Assembly: GCA_963809895.1 (NCBI GenBank)
Contig: CAWELD010000003.1
Coordinates: 896,001 to 960,000 of the forward strand
Direction of reading: 5' to 3'
Source of the DNA: an uncultured Gemmatimonadales bacterium
GTDB taxonomy: Bacteria > Gemmatimonadota > Gemmatimonadetes > Longimicrobiales > Gaopeijiaceae
DNA length: 64,000 nt
The notes under the pieces were generated by a model, which searched no databases, was not told the DNA's origin, and saw only the letters and a program-made list of their open reading frames with translations. Positions 8,978 to 21,200 of the stretch are shown piece after piece. A program made the translations under genes and the position numbers. Every line of letters begins with the position of its first letter. Position 1 is the first letter of the stretch.

Positions 8978-10382
8978 ATGAGCCTGTCCGACGACACCCC
9001 GAAACCCGCCGGCGCCCTCTGGGGAGGCCGCTTCGAGGGCGGCATGGCGCCGTCCATGATCCCCCTGAACCTCAGCCTCGACGTGGATCGGCGCCTCTGG
9101 CGTCAGGATCTGCGTGGGAGCCGGGCCTGGGCCACGGCGCTGGGGCGCGCCGGTGTGCTGTCGGAGGATGAGGTCGACGCCCTCCACCGGGGACTGGACG
9201 CCGTGAAGGCGCGCCTGCAGGCCTGGACCTGGGGAGGCGAGCCCGACGAGGACATCCACTCGCTGGTGGAGCGGCTTCTGCACGAGGAAGCGGGACCGGT
9301 CGCCGGCAAGCTGCACACCGGTCGCTCGCGCAACGATCAGGTGGCCACCGACCTGCGGCTCTGGGTCCGGGACGAGATCGGGCCGCTGGTGGAGGCCCTG
9401 GGGCAGTTGGCCGGTGGTCTCGTGGAGCTGGCCACCTCGGGTGTGGACCTCATCATGCCCGGGTACACGCACCTGCAGCAGGCCCAGCCCATTCGGGCGG
9501 CCCATTGGGCCCTCGCCCACGTGTGGCCCCTGCTCCGGGATCGCCGGCGCCTGAGGGCGGTGGATCGCTCCGCCGCCGAGCTTCCCCTCGGGCAGCGGCG
9601 CGGTGGCGGGGTGCCCGTTTCCGGTGGACCGGGAAGAGCTGGCGCTGGCGCTGGGGTTTCAGACCGTGAGCGCCAACAGCCTGGACGCGATCAGCGACCG
9701 GGACTTCGTGGCGGAGCTCCTCTTCGCCGGCGCGCTCCTGGGGGTGCACCTGTCGCGGCTCGCCGAGGACCTGGTCCTGTTCTCCTCGCGCGAGTTCGCC
9801 TTCGTCCGCCTGGACGACGGCTACTCCACCGGCTCGAGCCTCATGCCGCAGAAGCGCAATCCCGACGTCGCGGAGCTCAGCCGGGGCAAGAGCGGGCGGC
9901 TGACCGGCAACCTCATGGGGATGCTCACGCTGCTCAAGGGTCTGCCCACGGGCTACAATCGGGACCTGCAGGAGGACAAGTCGCTCCTCTTCGATACGGT
10001 GGACACGCTCCGCCTGGTCCTGCCGGCGCTGGCCGGCGCCGTCGCCACGGCCCGCTTTCGGCCCGAGCACATCCACGAGCGGCTGGACACGCAGCTTCTC
10101 GCCACCGACCTGGCGGACTATCTGGTGCGCCGGGGCGTGCCGTTCCGCCGGAGCCACGAAGCCGTGGGCATCCTGGTGCGCCGAGCCGAGGAGCGCGGTT
10201 GCTCGCTGGAGGACCTGGCCGACGAGGACTACCAGGCCGCGCATCCGGCCTTCGACGCCGACGTGCGCGGGGTCTTCGACTGGGACCGCTCGGTCGACTC
10301 CCGCGCGGCCCAGGGCGGGACGGCCCGGGAGGCCGTCGTGACCCAGCTGGCCACGGCCCGGGAGCAGCTCTCGGAATCGTGA
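8978..10382 (+). CDS. argH: Argininosuccinate lyase (frameshift near 9590, probably a sequencing error)
   Basis: LWGGRF, HTGRSRNDQ and GYTHLQ, then GSSLMPQKRNPD in the next frame. One extra G in the LGSGA codons. Confidence 0.93.
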
Positions 10383-10392
10383 GCCGCAGCGG

Positions 10393-11430
10393 CTACGCCG
10401 CGGCCACTTCGACCTCGCGCATGGTGCGGCCCGCCGCGGCCGCGAAGGGCCGAAGCGCTTCCATGAAGGCGTCGAAGCCGTCCAGGGTGAGGGACTGATC
10501 ACCGTCCGAGACCGCCCGCTCCGGATCCGGGTGCACCTCCACCAGCAGCCCGTCGGCGCCCGCGGCCACCGACGCCAACGCAAGCGGCGTCACCAGCTCG
10601 CGGATCCCCCCGGCGTGGCTCGGATCGGCGAACACGGGCAGGTGCGTCTCGCGCTTGAGCACCGGAATCGCCGACACGTCCAGCGTGTTGCGCGTCGCCG
10701 TCTCGAAGGTGCGGATGCCCCGTTCGCACAGGATCACCTGCATGTTGCCCTGGCTCATGACGTACTCGGCGGCCAGAAGCAGGTCCTTGACCGTGGCGCT
10801 CATGCCCCGCTTCAGCAGGACGGGCCGGTGCAGGCGCCCCACCTCGGTGAGCAGCGCGAAGTTCTGCATGTTGCGGGCTCCGATCTGGAGCACGTCGGCG
10901 TAGCCGGCCACCAGCTCCACCTGACGGGTGTCCATGACCTCCGTGACCACCGGCAGGCCCGTCTCGCGCCGCACGTCGGCCAGGTGGCGAAGTCCTTCCT
11001 CGCCCAGCCCCCGGAAGGCGTAGGGAGAGGTGCGGGGCTTGAAGGCGCCGCCCCGGAGCCCGAGACCCCCGGCCGCCGCGACCCGGGCACCGGTCTCCCG
11101 CAGCATGTCGAGCCCCTCCACCGAGCAGGGCCCCGCCACCACCACCAGCTCGTCGCCGCCGACGTCGGTGGATCCCAGCGGGATGCGCGTGGGACCGGCG
11201 GCGAAGGGCCGTGACGCCAGCTTGTAGGGCTTGAGCACGGGGTGCACCGCCTCCACGCCCGGGATCGAGCGCAGGGGGATCTCCCGCAGGCGGGTCTCGT
11301 CGCCCACGCAGCCGATGACCGTGCGTTGCTCTCCCCGCGACAGGTGCGTGCGGAGCCCCAGCGACTCCACCCGCTCGCGAATGTGGTCCAGCTCCTCGTC
11401 GGTGACGCCGGCTCGGGTCACGATGATCAT
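10393..11430 (-). CDS. aroF: Type I-beta DAHP synthase with N-terminal regulatory (ACT-like) domain
   Basis: [41 protein letters not shown] and SDG. Confidence 0.93.
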   Translation of the reverse strand: MIIVTRAGVTDEELDHIRERVESLGLRTHLSRGEQRTVIGCVGDETRLREIPLRSIPGVEAVHPVLKPYKLASRPFAAGPTRIPLGSTDVGGDELVVVAGPCSVEGLDMLRETGARVAAAGGLGLRGGAFKPRTSPYAFRGLGEEGLRHLADVRRETGLPVVTEVMDTRQVELVAGYADVLQIGARNMQNFALLTEVGRLHRPVLLKRGMSATVKDLLLAAEYVMSQGNMQVILCERGIRTFETATRNTLDVSAIPVLKRETHLPVFADPSHAGGIRELVTPLALASVAAGADGLLVEVHPDPERAVSDGDQSLTLDGFDAFMEALRPFAAAAGRTMREVEVAAA

Positions 11431-11490
11431 GGTTCCTCTCTCCTGGTGTCGTGGCGGCGGGCGTCGCCGGCCGTATGGGGTTCGGACACG

Positions 11491-11529
11491 AAAAAACCGG
11501 GCCCCCGGGGGATCGTCCCGGGGGCCCGG
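11491..11529 (-). terminator. Attenuator terminator upstream of aroF
   Basis: Perfect 13-bp GC stem (11497-11509/11517-11529) followed by U6 on the minus strand. Confidence 0.9.
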
Positions 11530-11553
11530 CTCGGATGCCGTCTTGCGGCGATC

Positions 11554-11649
11554 TCAGAGCACGCGCGGACTCCCGGCGCCCGTGGGGTAGCCGTAATACC
11601 AGAAGCCGAAATGCCGGCGCCGGGTGAACGTGCTCGCGTGCGGTGTCAT
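11554..11649 (-). CDS. aroF leader peptide MTPHASTFTRRRHFGFWYYGYPTGAGSPRVL
   Basis: Six aromatic codons in 8 (FGFWYYGY), upstream of the terminator. TTGACA on the minus strand at 11680-11685. Confidence 0.85.
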   Translation of the reverse strand: MTPHASTFTRRRHFGFWYYGYPTGAGSPRVL

Positions 11650-11802
11650 GGCTTCAAGGTTCGGAGCCCCGTGTCGACGTGTCAATGGTCGGGGGCGGTC
11701 TGGACCCCGAGGGGGGAGCTTCGATACCTTTTCGCCGCCGTTCGCGCCCTCCCCGCGGGCACACACGTTCCCTCTTATCCACCCCGGTCGGAGGACCCCC
11801 TG

Positions 11803-12708
11803 ATGGAAGCCGCGACCCGCCCCTCACTCGACGAGCTGGGCCTCTCCCTGGGCAAGAAGACCCGACTGCATCGGCTCCTCTACGAGCACGGCCTCAAGAA
11901 TGGCACGCTGCTCCTGCTCCCCATCGATCAGGGGCTGGAGCACGGGCCCATCGACTTCTTCCCGAACCCGCCGTCGGCAGACCCCGAGTTCCAGTGGCGT
12001 CTCGCCGTGGAAGGGGGCTACAACGGCGTGGCCTGCCACTACGGTCTGGCCCGCAAGTACATGGACCGCTACGCCGGCAAGGTGCCCCTCGTCCTCAAGC
12101 TCAACGGAAAGACCAACATTCCGTCCGACGACGAGGCCTTGTCCACGCTCACCGGCAGCGTGGAAGACGCGGTCGCCATGGGCGCGGATGCGGTGGGCTA
12201 CACGCTCTACGTGGGCTCCCCCCGGCAGGACGAGGACTTCCTCCAGCTGCAGGCCGTGCGCGAGGACTGTGACCGCTACGGGATGCCCCTGATCGTGTGG
12301 TCCTACCCCCGCGGCGCGGCCATCGACGGCAAGGGCGGCCGGGACAGCCTCTACGCCGTGGACTACGCCGCCCGGGTGGCCCTGGAGCTCGGTGCGGACG
12401 TGGTGAAGCTCAACATGCCCAAGCACAGCGACAACGACGCCGCACAGCCGAAGAAGTACGCCGAGATCGACTTCGACTACGGCGAGGGCGCACGCCGGGT
12501 CGTGGCCTCGGCCGGACGCTGCCTGGTCCTCTTCAGCGGCGGGAGCAAACTGGGTGACGACGACCTGCTGGAGAAGGCGCGCGTCGGCATGCAGGGCGGC
12601 GCCACGGGCCTGATCTTCGGCCGCAACATGTGGCAGCGGCCCTTCGACGAGGCCCTCGCCATCACGCAGCGGGTCAAGGCCGAGGTCCTCAGCAACTTCG
12701 GGTCCTGA
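11803..12708 (+). CDS. fbaB: Class I fructose-bisphosphate aldolase (DhnA family)
   Basis: PIDQGLEHGP, WSYPRG, ELGADVVK (Schiff-base Lys) and IFGRN; followed by rpiA and rpe. Confidence 0.88.
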   Translation: MEAATRPSLDELGLSLGKKTRLHRLLYEHGLKNGTLLLLPIDQGLEHGPIDFFPNPPSADPEFQWRLAVEGGYNGVACHYGLARKYMDRYAGKVPLVLKLNGKTNIPSDDEALSTLTGSVEDAVAMGADAVGYTLYVGSPRQDEDFLQLQAVREDCDRYGMPLIVWSYPRGAAIDGKGGRDSLYAVDYAARVALELGADVVKLNMPKHSDNDAAQPKKYAEIDFDYGEGARRVVASAGRCLVLFSGGSKLGDDDLLEKARVGMQGGATGLIFGRNMWQRPFDEALAITQRVKAEVLSNFGS

Positions 12709-12713
12709 GCCCG

Positions 12714-13418
12714 GTGGCCACGGCGGCCGAGCTCAAGCGCGCCGCCGCCGAGGAGGCGTTGAAGCGGGTTGCTCCGGGCATGCGCCTGGGGCTCGGCACC
12801 GGGAGCACGGTGGCCCACTTCCTGGATCTCCTCGGGCACGCCGTCCAGGAGGGCCGCCTCGCGGGCATCAGCGGGGTGCCCACCTCGCACCGCACCGCGG
12901 ATCACGCCCGACGCCTGGGCATCCCCCTGGCCGAGCTCGACGGATCGCCGCTGGATCTGGCCGTGGACGGCGCCGACGAGGTGGATCCGGCCCTCAACCT
13001 GATCAAGGGGATGGGGGGAGCGCTGCTGCGGGAGAAGATGGTGGCGCAGGCGGCGAAGCGCTTCGTGATCGTCGTGGATGCCTCCAAGGAGGTGGAGCGG
13101 CTCGGGACGCGCTCCGCCCTCCCGGTCGAGGTGGTGCCCTACGGCTGGAAGGTCCACCTCGACGTGATCCGGGGTCTGGGAGGGAAGGGGAAGTTCCGAC
13201 GGGACGACAACGGCCGACCCATCTACACCGATAACGGTAACATCATACTGGACTGCGATTTCGAGGCTGGGGTCTCAGATCCGTTCGAGGTGGAGCGCGT
13301 GCTGCGGTCGCGGGCCGGCGTGGTGGCCACGGGCCTGTTCCTGGGCCTGACCCACGAGGTCCTGGTGGCCCACGCCGACGGCGTCCGGTCGCGGACCCTC
13401 GTCGAGGCCGGGTCGTGA
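12714..13418 (+). CDS. rpiA: Ribose-5-phosphate isomerase A
   Basis: [25 protein letters not shown] and TDNGN. Confidence 0.95.
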   Translation: MATAAELKRAAAEEALKRVAPGMRLGLGTGSTVAHFLDLLGHAVQEGRLAGISGVPTSHRTADHARRLGIPLAELDGSPLDLAVDGADEVDPALNLIKGMGGALLREKMVAQAAKRFVIVVDASKEVERLGTRSALPVEVVPYGWKVHLDVIRGLGGKGKFRRDDNGRPIYTDNGNIILDCDFEAGVSDPFEVERVLRSRAGVVATGLFLGLTHEVLVAHADGVRSRTLVEAGS

Positions 13419-14095
13419 GCACCCTGCTCGCTCCCTCGATCCTGGCGTCGGATTTCGGACGACTGGCCGAGGAGATCGCCGCGGTGGAGGGGGCCGGCGC
13501 CGATTGGATCCACGTGGACGTCATGGACGGCCATTTCGTCCCCAACATCACCATGGGACCGTTGGTGGTGCGGGCGGCGCGGCGGGCGACGGAGCTGCCG
13601 CTGGACGTGCATCTCATGATCGAGGCGCCGGACCGCTACCTGGAGGCCTTCGCCGAAGCGGGTGCGTCTGTCCTGACCGTGCACCAGGAGGCGTGTCCCC
13701 ATCTGCACCGCACGGTCCAGCGGATTCGCGAGATGGGCGTGAAGGCCGGTGTGGCCCTGAACCCGGCGACCCCCGTGGAGTCCTTGTCCGAGATCGCCTC
13801 GTACGTGGACCTGGTGCTGGTGATGACCGTGAACCCGGGATTCGGCGGGCAGTCCTTCATCCGCACCGGGCTCGACAAGATCCGGCGCACGCGGGCGCTG
13901 CTGGACCGCACGGCGTCAGGCGCACGCCTCGAGGTCGATGGCGGTGTGGACGCCTCCAACGCAGCGGCGCTGGCCGAAGCCGGAGCCACGGTCCTGGTGG
14001 CGGGGTCGGCGGTGTACCGACACCCGTCGGGACCCGAAGAAGGTGTGGCTGCCCTGCGATCCGCGCTGGAGTCCGCCGGCACGCACCGGGTCTGA
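13415..14095 (+). CDS. rpe: Ribulose-phosphate 3-epimerase
   Basis: [28 protein letters not shown] and EVDGG. Confidence 0.96.
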   Translation: MSTLLAPSILASDFGRLAEEIAAVEGAGADWIHVDVMDGHFVPNITMGPLVVRAARRATELPLDVHLMIEAPDRYLEAFAEAGASVLTVHQEACPHLHRTVQRIREMGVKAGVALNPATPVESLSEIASYVDLVLVMTVNPGFGGQSFIRTGLDKIRRTRALLDRTASGARLEVDGGVDASNAAALAEAGATVLVAGSAVYRHPSGPEEGVAALRSALESAGTHRV

Positions 14096-14163
14096 CGCTC
14101 TCCGGACCGTGCGGCTCGGAGTCGTGATTGCCGGAGCCCTCTCCCCCGGATTAGACTCAGCAC

Positions 14164-14529
14164 ATGAGCGACGACGACCTGGTGATCGACCCTGCGGCCA
14201 TCGATCGGCTGCGGGAGTGGGGCGGTGACAAGCTGGTTCGCCAGATGATCCGTCTCTATCTGGAGAACGCCCAGGTCCGGCTGGATCAGATCCAGGCGGG
14301 CCTTTCGGGCGCCGAGCCCCTGGAGCGCACGCAGCAGGGCGCCCACTCGCTGAAGTCCAGCGCGGCCAACGTGGGTGCGCGACGGGTCAATCACCTCGCC
14401 GCCCAGCTCGAGGCCTCGGCCGGCGACGGAGACGGCGAGGCTTCCGCCGATCTCCGGGACCAGCTTCTTCCGGTCCTCGACGAGGCGAAGCACGCCCTGG
14501 AGACCCTGGTGGAGGGACTGCCGGAATGA
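14164..14529 (+). CDS. Hpt phosphotransfer protein
   Basis: AHSLKSSAANVGA motif. Confidence 0.9.
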   Translation: MSDDDLVIDPAAIDRLREWGGDKLVRQMIRLYLENAQVRLDQIQAGLSGAEPLERTQQGAHSLKSSAANVGARRVNHLAAQLEASAGDGDGEASADLRDQLLPVLDEAKHALETLVEGLPE

Positions 14530-14903
14530 AGCCCCGCATCGCCGTCGTGGAGGACAACCCCGACAATCGCCTGCTCGTCCAGGCCATCCTGGACGACCGC
14601 TTCGAGGTGTCCGAGTACGAAACCGGCACCGAAGCGGTGGAGGGACTGGAAGCGGACAGCCCCGATCTGGTCCTCCTGGACATCTCGCTCCCGGAGATGG
14701 ACGGGACCGAGGTCCTGGCCTGGATCCGCGCCAACGAGCGTCTGGCCGCGCTTCCGGTGATCGCGCTCACGGCCCACGCCATGGCCGGCGACCGGGAGCG
14801 GTACCTGGAGGCGGGATTCGACGACTACGTCACCAAGCCCATCGTGGACGAGGACGTGCTCATCGGAGCCATCGAACGATGGCTGGGGAAGGGCGAGTCC
14901 TGA
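14526..14903 (+). CDS. Single-domain response regulator (DivK-like)
   Basis: VVEDN, LLDISLPEMDG, ALTAHAM and KP. Confidence 0.92.
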   Translation: MKPRIAVVEDNPDNRLLVQAILDDRFEVSEYETGTEAVEGLEADSPDLVLLDISLPEMDGTEVLAWIRANERLAALPVIALTAHAMAGDRERYLEAGFDDYVTKPIVDEDVLIGAIERWLGKGES

Positions 14904-17900
14904 CGACGGCCCAGGCTTCCGACACCGTCGACGGGGCCACGCCCCAGCCGTCAGGGACCGCGCTGGACGAGGTCCCGCGGTCGTTCCGGGTAGAGCCCCC
15001 GCCGGCGGGGGGTGCGGTCCACGTCGTCATCGCCGTCGTCTTGCTGCTCGGGGCGTTGGTCCTTCCCCGCGAAGGCACCTCCACGACGGCATGGCACACG
15101 GGGATCGAGATGGCGGCCATCACGCTGGCCGCGGTGCTCGGCGGGCTGGGCCTGGTCCGCTACTACTCGCGCTTCCACCGGGCCTTTCTCTACATCGGCA
15201 CGGGCTTCCTGGCCACCGCGGCCCTGGACGCCATGCATCTGCTCCTGGTGTCGGGGTGGATCACGCCGCGCGCCCTGGCACCGAGCGCCGACCTGAGCGC
15301 CTGGAGCTGGTTGCAGGCCCGCACCTTCCTGGCGCTCTTCCTCTCGGTGAGCGTGCTGGCGCCACGCACTCCGCCGGAGGGTGAAGGGCGCCGGGGCGGC
15401 GAGAGCTCGGTCTACCTGACGGCGGGGCTGCTCACCCTCCTGGTCGTGGCCTTCTTCTCGATGGCGCCCATCTCGCCGGCCATCCATCCGACCTGGTTCA
15501 TCGCCCGTCCGGCCGAGTTCGTGCCGGCACTGCTCTTCGGTCTCGCCTACGTGGGCTACTTCAGGCGGGGGCGCTGGCGCACCGATCCCTTCGAGCACTG
15601 GCTGCTGCTGGCCCTGCTCGTGTCGACGCTCCTCCATGCCGCCTACATGTCACGTTCGGCGGCGTTGGGGGATCCCCTCTACGAAGCCGCGCACGTGCTG
15701 AAGGTGGCCAGCTACGGCATGGTCCTGGTGGGGCTGCTGGTGAGCCTGTTCCTGGCGTTCCGGCGCGAGGGGGAGGCCCTGACCGCGGTGACGACCGCCA
15801 AACAGGCCCTCGAGCGCGAGGTCGACGTACGACGGAGCGCGGAGGAAGTGCTGCAGCGTAGCGAGGAGCGCCTGCAGAACTTCCTGGACAACGCCCACGA
15901 TCTGGTCCTCAGCACCGCGCCCGACGGCCGCATCCTGTACGTCAACGCCGCCTGGACCCGGACGCTGGGCTATTCGGCCCGCGACCTGGAGGAGTTGCGG
16001 CTGCCCGACGTGCTGCACCCCGAGTCGCGGGAGCACGTCATGGCGGCGTTCCGACACGTGCTGGCCGGCGAGCGCATCGAGCGTCTCACGGCCGAGCTCG
16101 TGGCTCGAGACGGGCGCATCGTGGTGGTGTCGGGAAGCGCGAGCAGGCACGTGGTGGACGGCGTGCCCGTGAGCGCCCAGGCCATCTTCCGCGACGTGAC
16201 GCAGCAGCGACGCGCGGAGCGGGAGCTGGCCGCGTCCCGGGCCAACCTGGCGGCCCTGGTCGAGAACACCGGCGACGCCATCTGGTCCGTGGACACGCGC
16301 CAGCGCCTGGTCACCTTCAACTCCGGGTTCGCGCTGGCGGTGGAGGCCCGGTCGGGCCGTGAGCCGCGGGTGGGGGATCCTCCCGAGGTGGTGTTCGGGA
16401 CGCGAACGGCCCAATGGTACCGGGACATGTACGATCGCGTGCTCTCGGGCGAACGCTTCTCGGCGTTGCTGGAAGAGCGCATGGAGGGCCAGGAGCGGGT
16501 GGTGGAGATCTTCTGCAACCCGGTGCTGGAAGCGGACGGAACCACCGGGGCCGTCATGTTCGGCAAGGACGTGACGCGCCGCCTGCGGGCCGAGGAAGCG
16601 CTGCGGGTCGCCAAGGAGGACGCGGAGCTCGCCAACCGGGCCAAGAGCCAGTTCCTGGCCAACATGAGCCACGAGCTGCGCACCCCGCTCAATTCGGTCA
16701 TCGGCTTCGCCAACATCCTGCTCAAGAACAAGAAGGGGAACCTGACCGACCAGGACACCAGCTTCCTGGACCGGATCCTGGCCAACGGGCGTCACCTGTT
16801 GTCGCTCATCAACGAGGTCCTGGATCTGGCCAAGATCGAGGCCGGGCGCCTGGAGGTGAAGCTGGAAGACGTCGACCTCGCCGAGCTCATCACCGAGACC
16901 GTCGATCAGCTCGAGGGACAGGCCCGGGAGAAGCGGGTCACCCTGGTGGCCGACACGCCCTCGGTGGTGTCCCGGGCGGAGACCGACGCGCCCAAGCTGA
17001 AGCAGGTCATCATCAACCTGGTGGGCAACGCCCTCAAGTTCACCGAGGGCGGGCGTGTCACGGTGCGCCTGGAAACCGGTCCGGACGGCGTCACGCCCCG
17101 GGCCGTGGCCGTCGAAGACACCGGCATCGGCATCCCCCCGGAGCGTCTGGACGCGATCTTCGAGGCGTTTCAGCAAGCCGACAGCGGCACCGCGAGACGC
17201 TACGGCGGCACGGGGCTCGGGCTCACCATCTCGCGGTCCATCTGCAACCTCCTGGGTTACGAGCTCACGGTGACCTCGGAGGTGGGCCGGGGATCCATTT
17301 TCACGATCCACCTCACCGGCGAGGAGGTGGAGGTCGTGGAGGCGGTGGAGGTGGTGGAGACGCCGTCGTCATCCGACGCCCCCGGCCCGCCGCAGGACGA
17401 CGACGCCCAGACCCCGGGGGATGGTGACGGGCCGCGCACGGTCGCGGCACCGGCCTCCGGTTCACATCACAATCCCACCGACCTGAGCGTCCTGGTCGTG
17501 GACGACGAGGCCGACTCCCGGATCCTCATGACCCACTACCTGGCCGACCTGGGGTGTACGGTGCACACGGCCGCGTCCGGCGCCGAGGGCATCGAGGTCG
17601 CCCGCCAGGTGCATCCGGACCTCATCACGCTGGATCTGATGATGCCCGGAATGAACGGTTGGGACGCGCTGCGGGCGCTCAAGGAGGACCCCGAGCTCCA
17701 GGACATTCCGGTGGTGGTCGTGAGCATCGTCGCGGCGGAAGGGCCGCGGGCGACTCCTCGGTGCCGTGGATCTGCTCTCCAAGCCGGTGGATCGCGAAGA
17801 CCTGCTCCGGGTCCTGTGGCGGAATCTGGTGCGCCGGCGCTCGGGCCGCGTGCTGGTGGTGGAGGACGACGACGACCTGCGCACCGTGGTGGTGGAGCAC

Positions 17901-18218
17901 CTGGAGTCGGCGGGCCTCCAGGTCCGCGCCGTGAGCAACGGCGAAGCGGCGCTGGCGGCCGTGAACGAGGAAGCGCCCGACGCGGTCATCCTGGATCTCA
18001 TGATGCCGGTGATGGACGGCATGACCTTCCTGCGCCGGCTGCGAGAGAATCCCTACCACACGGGCCTGCCGGTGGTGGTGCTCACGGCCAAGGAGCTCAC
18101 CGACGACGAGCGCAGCTGGCTGGGCGAAAACGCCTCGGACGTGGTGTCCAAGGGAGACGACATGGGCGGCCGCCTGAAGGAAGTCCTGAGCGCCTTCCTG
18201 CCGCTGTCGCGGGACTGA
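14879..18218 (+). CDS. Membrane (MASE3-like) PAS-PAS hybrid histidine kinase with two receivers (frameshift near 17742)
   Basis: Multi-TM N-terminus, MSHELRTPL, NALKFT, GGTGLGL and two REC domains. An extra G splits the last part; start uncertain. Confidence 0.85.
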
Positions 18219-18287
18219 CCGAGAGGTTCGGACCTTTCGGGGTCCGATCCCGGAAACGCCGCGGGCGATCACGGGTATCCGCGTGCC

Positions 18288-19773
18288 ATGCCCCACGTGC
18301 CCGCCGACCGCATTCGCCTGCTCGCCGACCGACCCGTGCGCCGGGACGGCACGCACGTGCTGTACTGGATGGTGGCGCACCGCCGGCTGGACTGGAACTA
18401 CGCCCTCGAACAGGCCGTGGGGTACGCCCGCCAGCTCGAGCGGCCGCTGATCATTCTCGAGGCGCTGCGCGTGGACTACCCCTGGGCCAGCCAGCGCCAT
18501 CACCGCTTCGTGCTGGACGGGATGCGAGAGCACCGGAGGCGCCTCGCGGGCTCCCGGGTGGCGTATCATGCCTACGTGGAGCCGGAGAAGGGGGCGGGGA
18601 AGGGGCTCCTGGAGGCACTCGCGCGGAGACGCCTGCTTGGTGGTGACCGACGACTTCCCGGCGTTCTTCCTGCCCCGCATGCAGGAGGCGGCCGCTCGCA
18701 AGCTGGGGTGCCGACTGGAAGCCGTGGACGCCAACGGGCTTTATCCGGTGCGTGCGGCGGGCCGGACCTTCAGCGCCGCGGTCCACTTTCGCCGGCATCT
18801 CCAGAGGGAGCTGGGCCGGCACCTGGTGCAGCCGCCGGCGGCCCATCCGCTCATGGGCGACCCGCTGGTGGAATCCGCGGGCCTGCCGGGCGAGGTGTCA
18901 CGACGATGGCCTGCGGCCCCGGACGCCCTCCTCGACGGCGAGTCGGGCGCGCTGGACGCGCTGCCCGTGGACGCCGAGGTCGCGCCGGTACCGTTCGCCG
19001 GCGGCACGACGGCCGCAGAAGAGCGGCTCACCCGTTTCCTGGAGTCGGGCCTGGACCGCTACGCCGAGTCCCGGAACGACCCCGACGCCGACGTGGCCTC
19101 ACGCCTGTCGCCGTACCTCCACTGGGGCCACCTGTCGACGCACCGTGTCCTGGACGCCCTGGCGGAGCGGGAAGGCTGGACGCCGGCCCGGATCTCCGAC
19201 CAGGTGTCCGGCAGCCGGCGCGGCTGGTGGGGCATGTCGCCCGAGGCCGAGACGTTTCTGGACGAGCTGGTCACCTGGCGCGAGATCGGCTTCAACTACT
19301 GCGCTGAACGGCCCGACTACCACCGTTACGACACGCTCCCCGAGTGGGCGCTGAAGACCCTGGAGACGCATGCGGACGACGAGCGGCCGTGGGTCTACGG
19401 GCTCGAGGAGTTCCAGAGCGCCAACACCCACGACGAGCTCTGGAATGCCGCCCAGCGTGAGCTCCGGCGCGAAGGGACCATCCACAACTACCTGCGCATG
19501 TTGTGGGGCAAGAAGATCCTCGAGTGGACGCCCGACCCCCGCACCGCGCTGGACATCATGGTGGAGCTGAACAACCGCTGGGCCATCGATGGACGCGATC
19601 CCAACTCCTGGTGCGGCATCTTCTGGGTACTGGGCCGCTTCGACCGCGGATGGCCGGAGCGTGACGTCTACGGCAAGGTCCGCTCCATGTCGTCGGACAG
19701 CACGCGCCGCAAGGTGTCGCTTCACGGCTATCTCGGACGCTACGGCGCCCAGCCCGCCCTCGACCTCACCTGA
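18288..19773 (+). CDS. Deoxyribodipyrimidine photolyase, class II-like (frameshift near 18627)
   Basis: VLYWM..NYAL, SRLSPYLHWG, HNYLRMLWGKKILEW and DGRDPNS. Confidence 0.87.
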
Positions 19774-19794
19774 ACCACCCGGACCCCTCACGTC

Positions 19795-21192
19795 ATGCCT
19801 GTCTTCCGCTCCCGCGTCACCCTGTCCGCCAGTCCGGCCGACGTCTTCGCCTGGCACGAGCGTCCAGGCGCTCTGGAGCGCCTCACACCGCCCTGGGAGC
19901 ACGTCCGGGTGTTGGAGCGCTCCGGGGGCATCCGCGACGGTGCCGAGGTGCGGCTCAAGATGAAACGGGGGCCCCTGGACTTCACCTGGCACGTCCGCCA
20001 TCGGGACTACGAGGAAGGCCGTCAGTTCGTGGACGAGCAGGTGAAGGGCCCCTTCCAGCGCTGGGTGCACACCCACCGCTTCCTGCCCGGCGACGGCGGC
20101 GGCTGTGTCATGGAGGACGAGATCGAGTGGGAGCCACCGCTGGGATCGGCCGGCGAGCTGGTGACGGCCCCCATGATCGAGCGGGATCTCCGGCGGGCCT
20201 TCGCATTCCGCCATCGCCGGCTCGCGGACGACCTGGAGCTCCAGGGACGGTTCGCCAGCCAGCCGCGCCTCACCGTGGCCATCACCGGCGCCAGCGGACT
20301 GGTGGGAACCACGCTGGGCCACCTCCTCACCACCGGGGGCCATCGCGTGGTCCCCGTGACACGCGATCGCGCCGCCGCCGAGGCCGGTGGAGGTATCTAC
20401 TGGAACCCCTCCACCGGGGACATCGACGAACAGGGTCTGGTGGGCGTCGATGCGGTGGTGCACCTGGCCGGAGAGCCGATCCAGGCCATGCGCTGGACCA
20501 GCGACAAGAAGCGGGCGATCCGGGAATCCCGGGTCCAGGGAACGGAGCTCATCAGTCGCACGGTGGCGAGCCTGCGCGGCGGTCCCTCGACGCTGATCTC
20601 GGCGTCGGGGGTGCACTTCTACGGGGGCCGCGGCGACGAGATCCTCACGGAGACCAGCCCTCCCGGGCGCGGCTTTCTGGCTGAGACCTGTAAGCTGTGG
20701 GAGGGCGCCACGCGCCGGGCCGAAGGGGCCGGCATCCGCGTGGTGAGGCTCCGTTGCGGACTCATCCTGAGCACGGCGGGAGGCGCCCTGCCCGTGATGC
20801 TGTGGGCCTTCAAGGCGGGCCTGGCGGGCCGGATCGGCAGCGGTCGCCAATACGTGTCCTGGATCGATCTCGACGACGCCGTGGGTCTCTACTACCACGC
20901 GCTCATGGACCCGTCGATGAAGGGCACCTTCAACGCCACGGCGCCGCACCCCGTCACCAACGCCACCTTCACGGACGTGCTGGGCCGCATCCTGCACCGT
21001 CCCACGGTGATTCCGGTGCCGAAACTGGGCGTGCGCGCGTTGCTGGGTGAGATGGGTGACGAGCTGCTGCTCCAGGGCCAACGGGTGCGGCCGGCGGCGG
21101 CGCTGGCCGCGGGATACGGCTTCTTCTACGAGGGACTCGAGGACTCGCTCCGCCACCAGCTCGGGCGGCCGGCCCCGGACAGCCCGGACTGA
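19795..21192 (+). CDS. TIGR01777 (YfcH-like) NAD-dependent epimerase with N-terminal SRPBCC domain
   Basis: WHERPGALERLTPPW and FVDEQVKGPF, then ITGASGLVG, HLAGE and SWIDLDD. Confidence 0.88.
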   Translation: MPVFRSRVTLSASPADVFAWHERPGALERLTPPWEHVRVLERSGGIRDGAEVRLKMKRGPLDFTWHVRHRDYEEGRQFVDEQVKGPFQRWVHTHRFLPGDGGGCVMEDEIEWEPPLGSAGELVTAPMIERDLRRAFAFRHRRLADDLELQGRFASQPRLTVAITGASGLVGTTLGHLLTTGGHRVVPVTRDRAAAEAGGGIYWNPSTGDIDEQGLVGVDAVVHLAGEPIQAMRWTSDKKRAIRESRVQGTELISRTVASLRGGPSTLISASGVHFYGGRGDEILTETSPPGRGFLAETCKLWEGATRRAEGAGIRVVRLRCGLILSTAGGALPVMLWAFKAGLAGRIGSGRQYVSWIDLDDAVGLYYHALMDPSMKGTFNATAPHPVTNATFTDVLGRILHRPTVIPVPKLGVRALLGEMGDELLLQGQRVRPAAALAAGYGFFYEGLEDSLRHQLGRPAPDSPD

Positions 21193-21200
21193 ACCGCGCG

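Noticed and set aside
9590..9600. Programmed frameshifting in argH and the other split genes
   Set aside because: No slippery heptamers or shared signal; the pattern fits sequencing indels.
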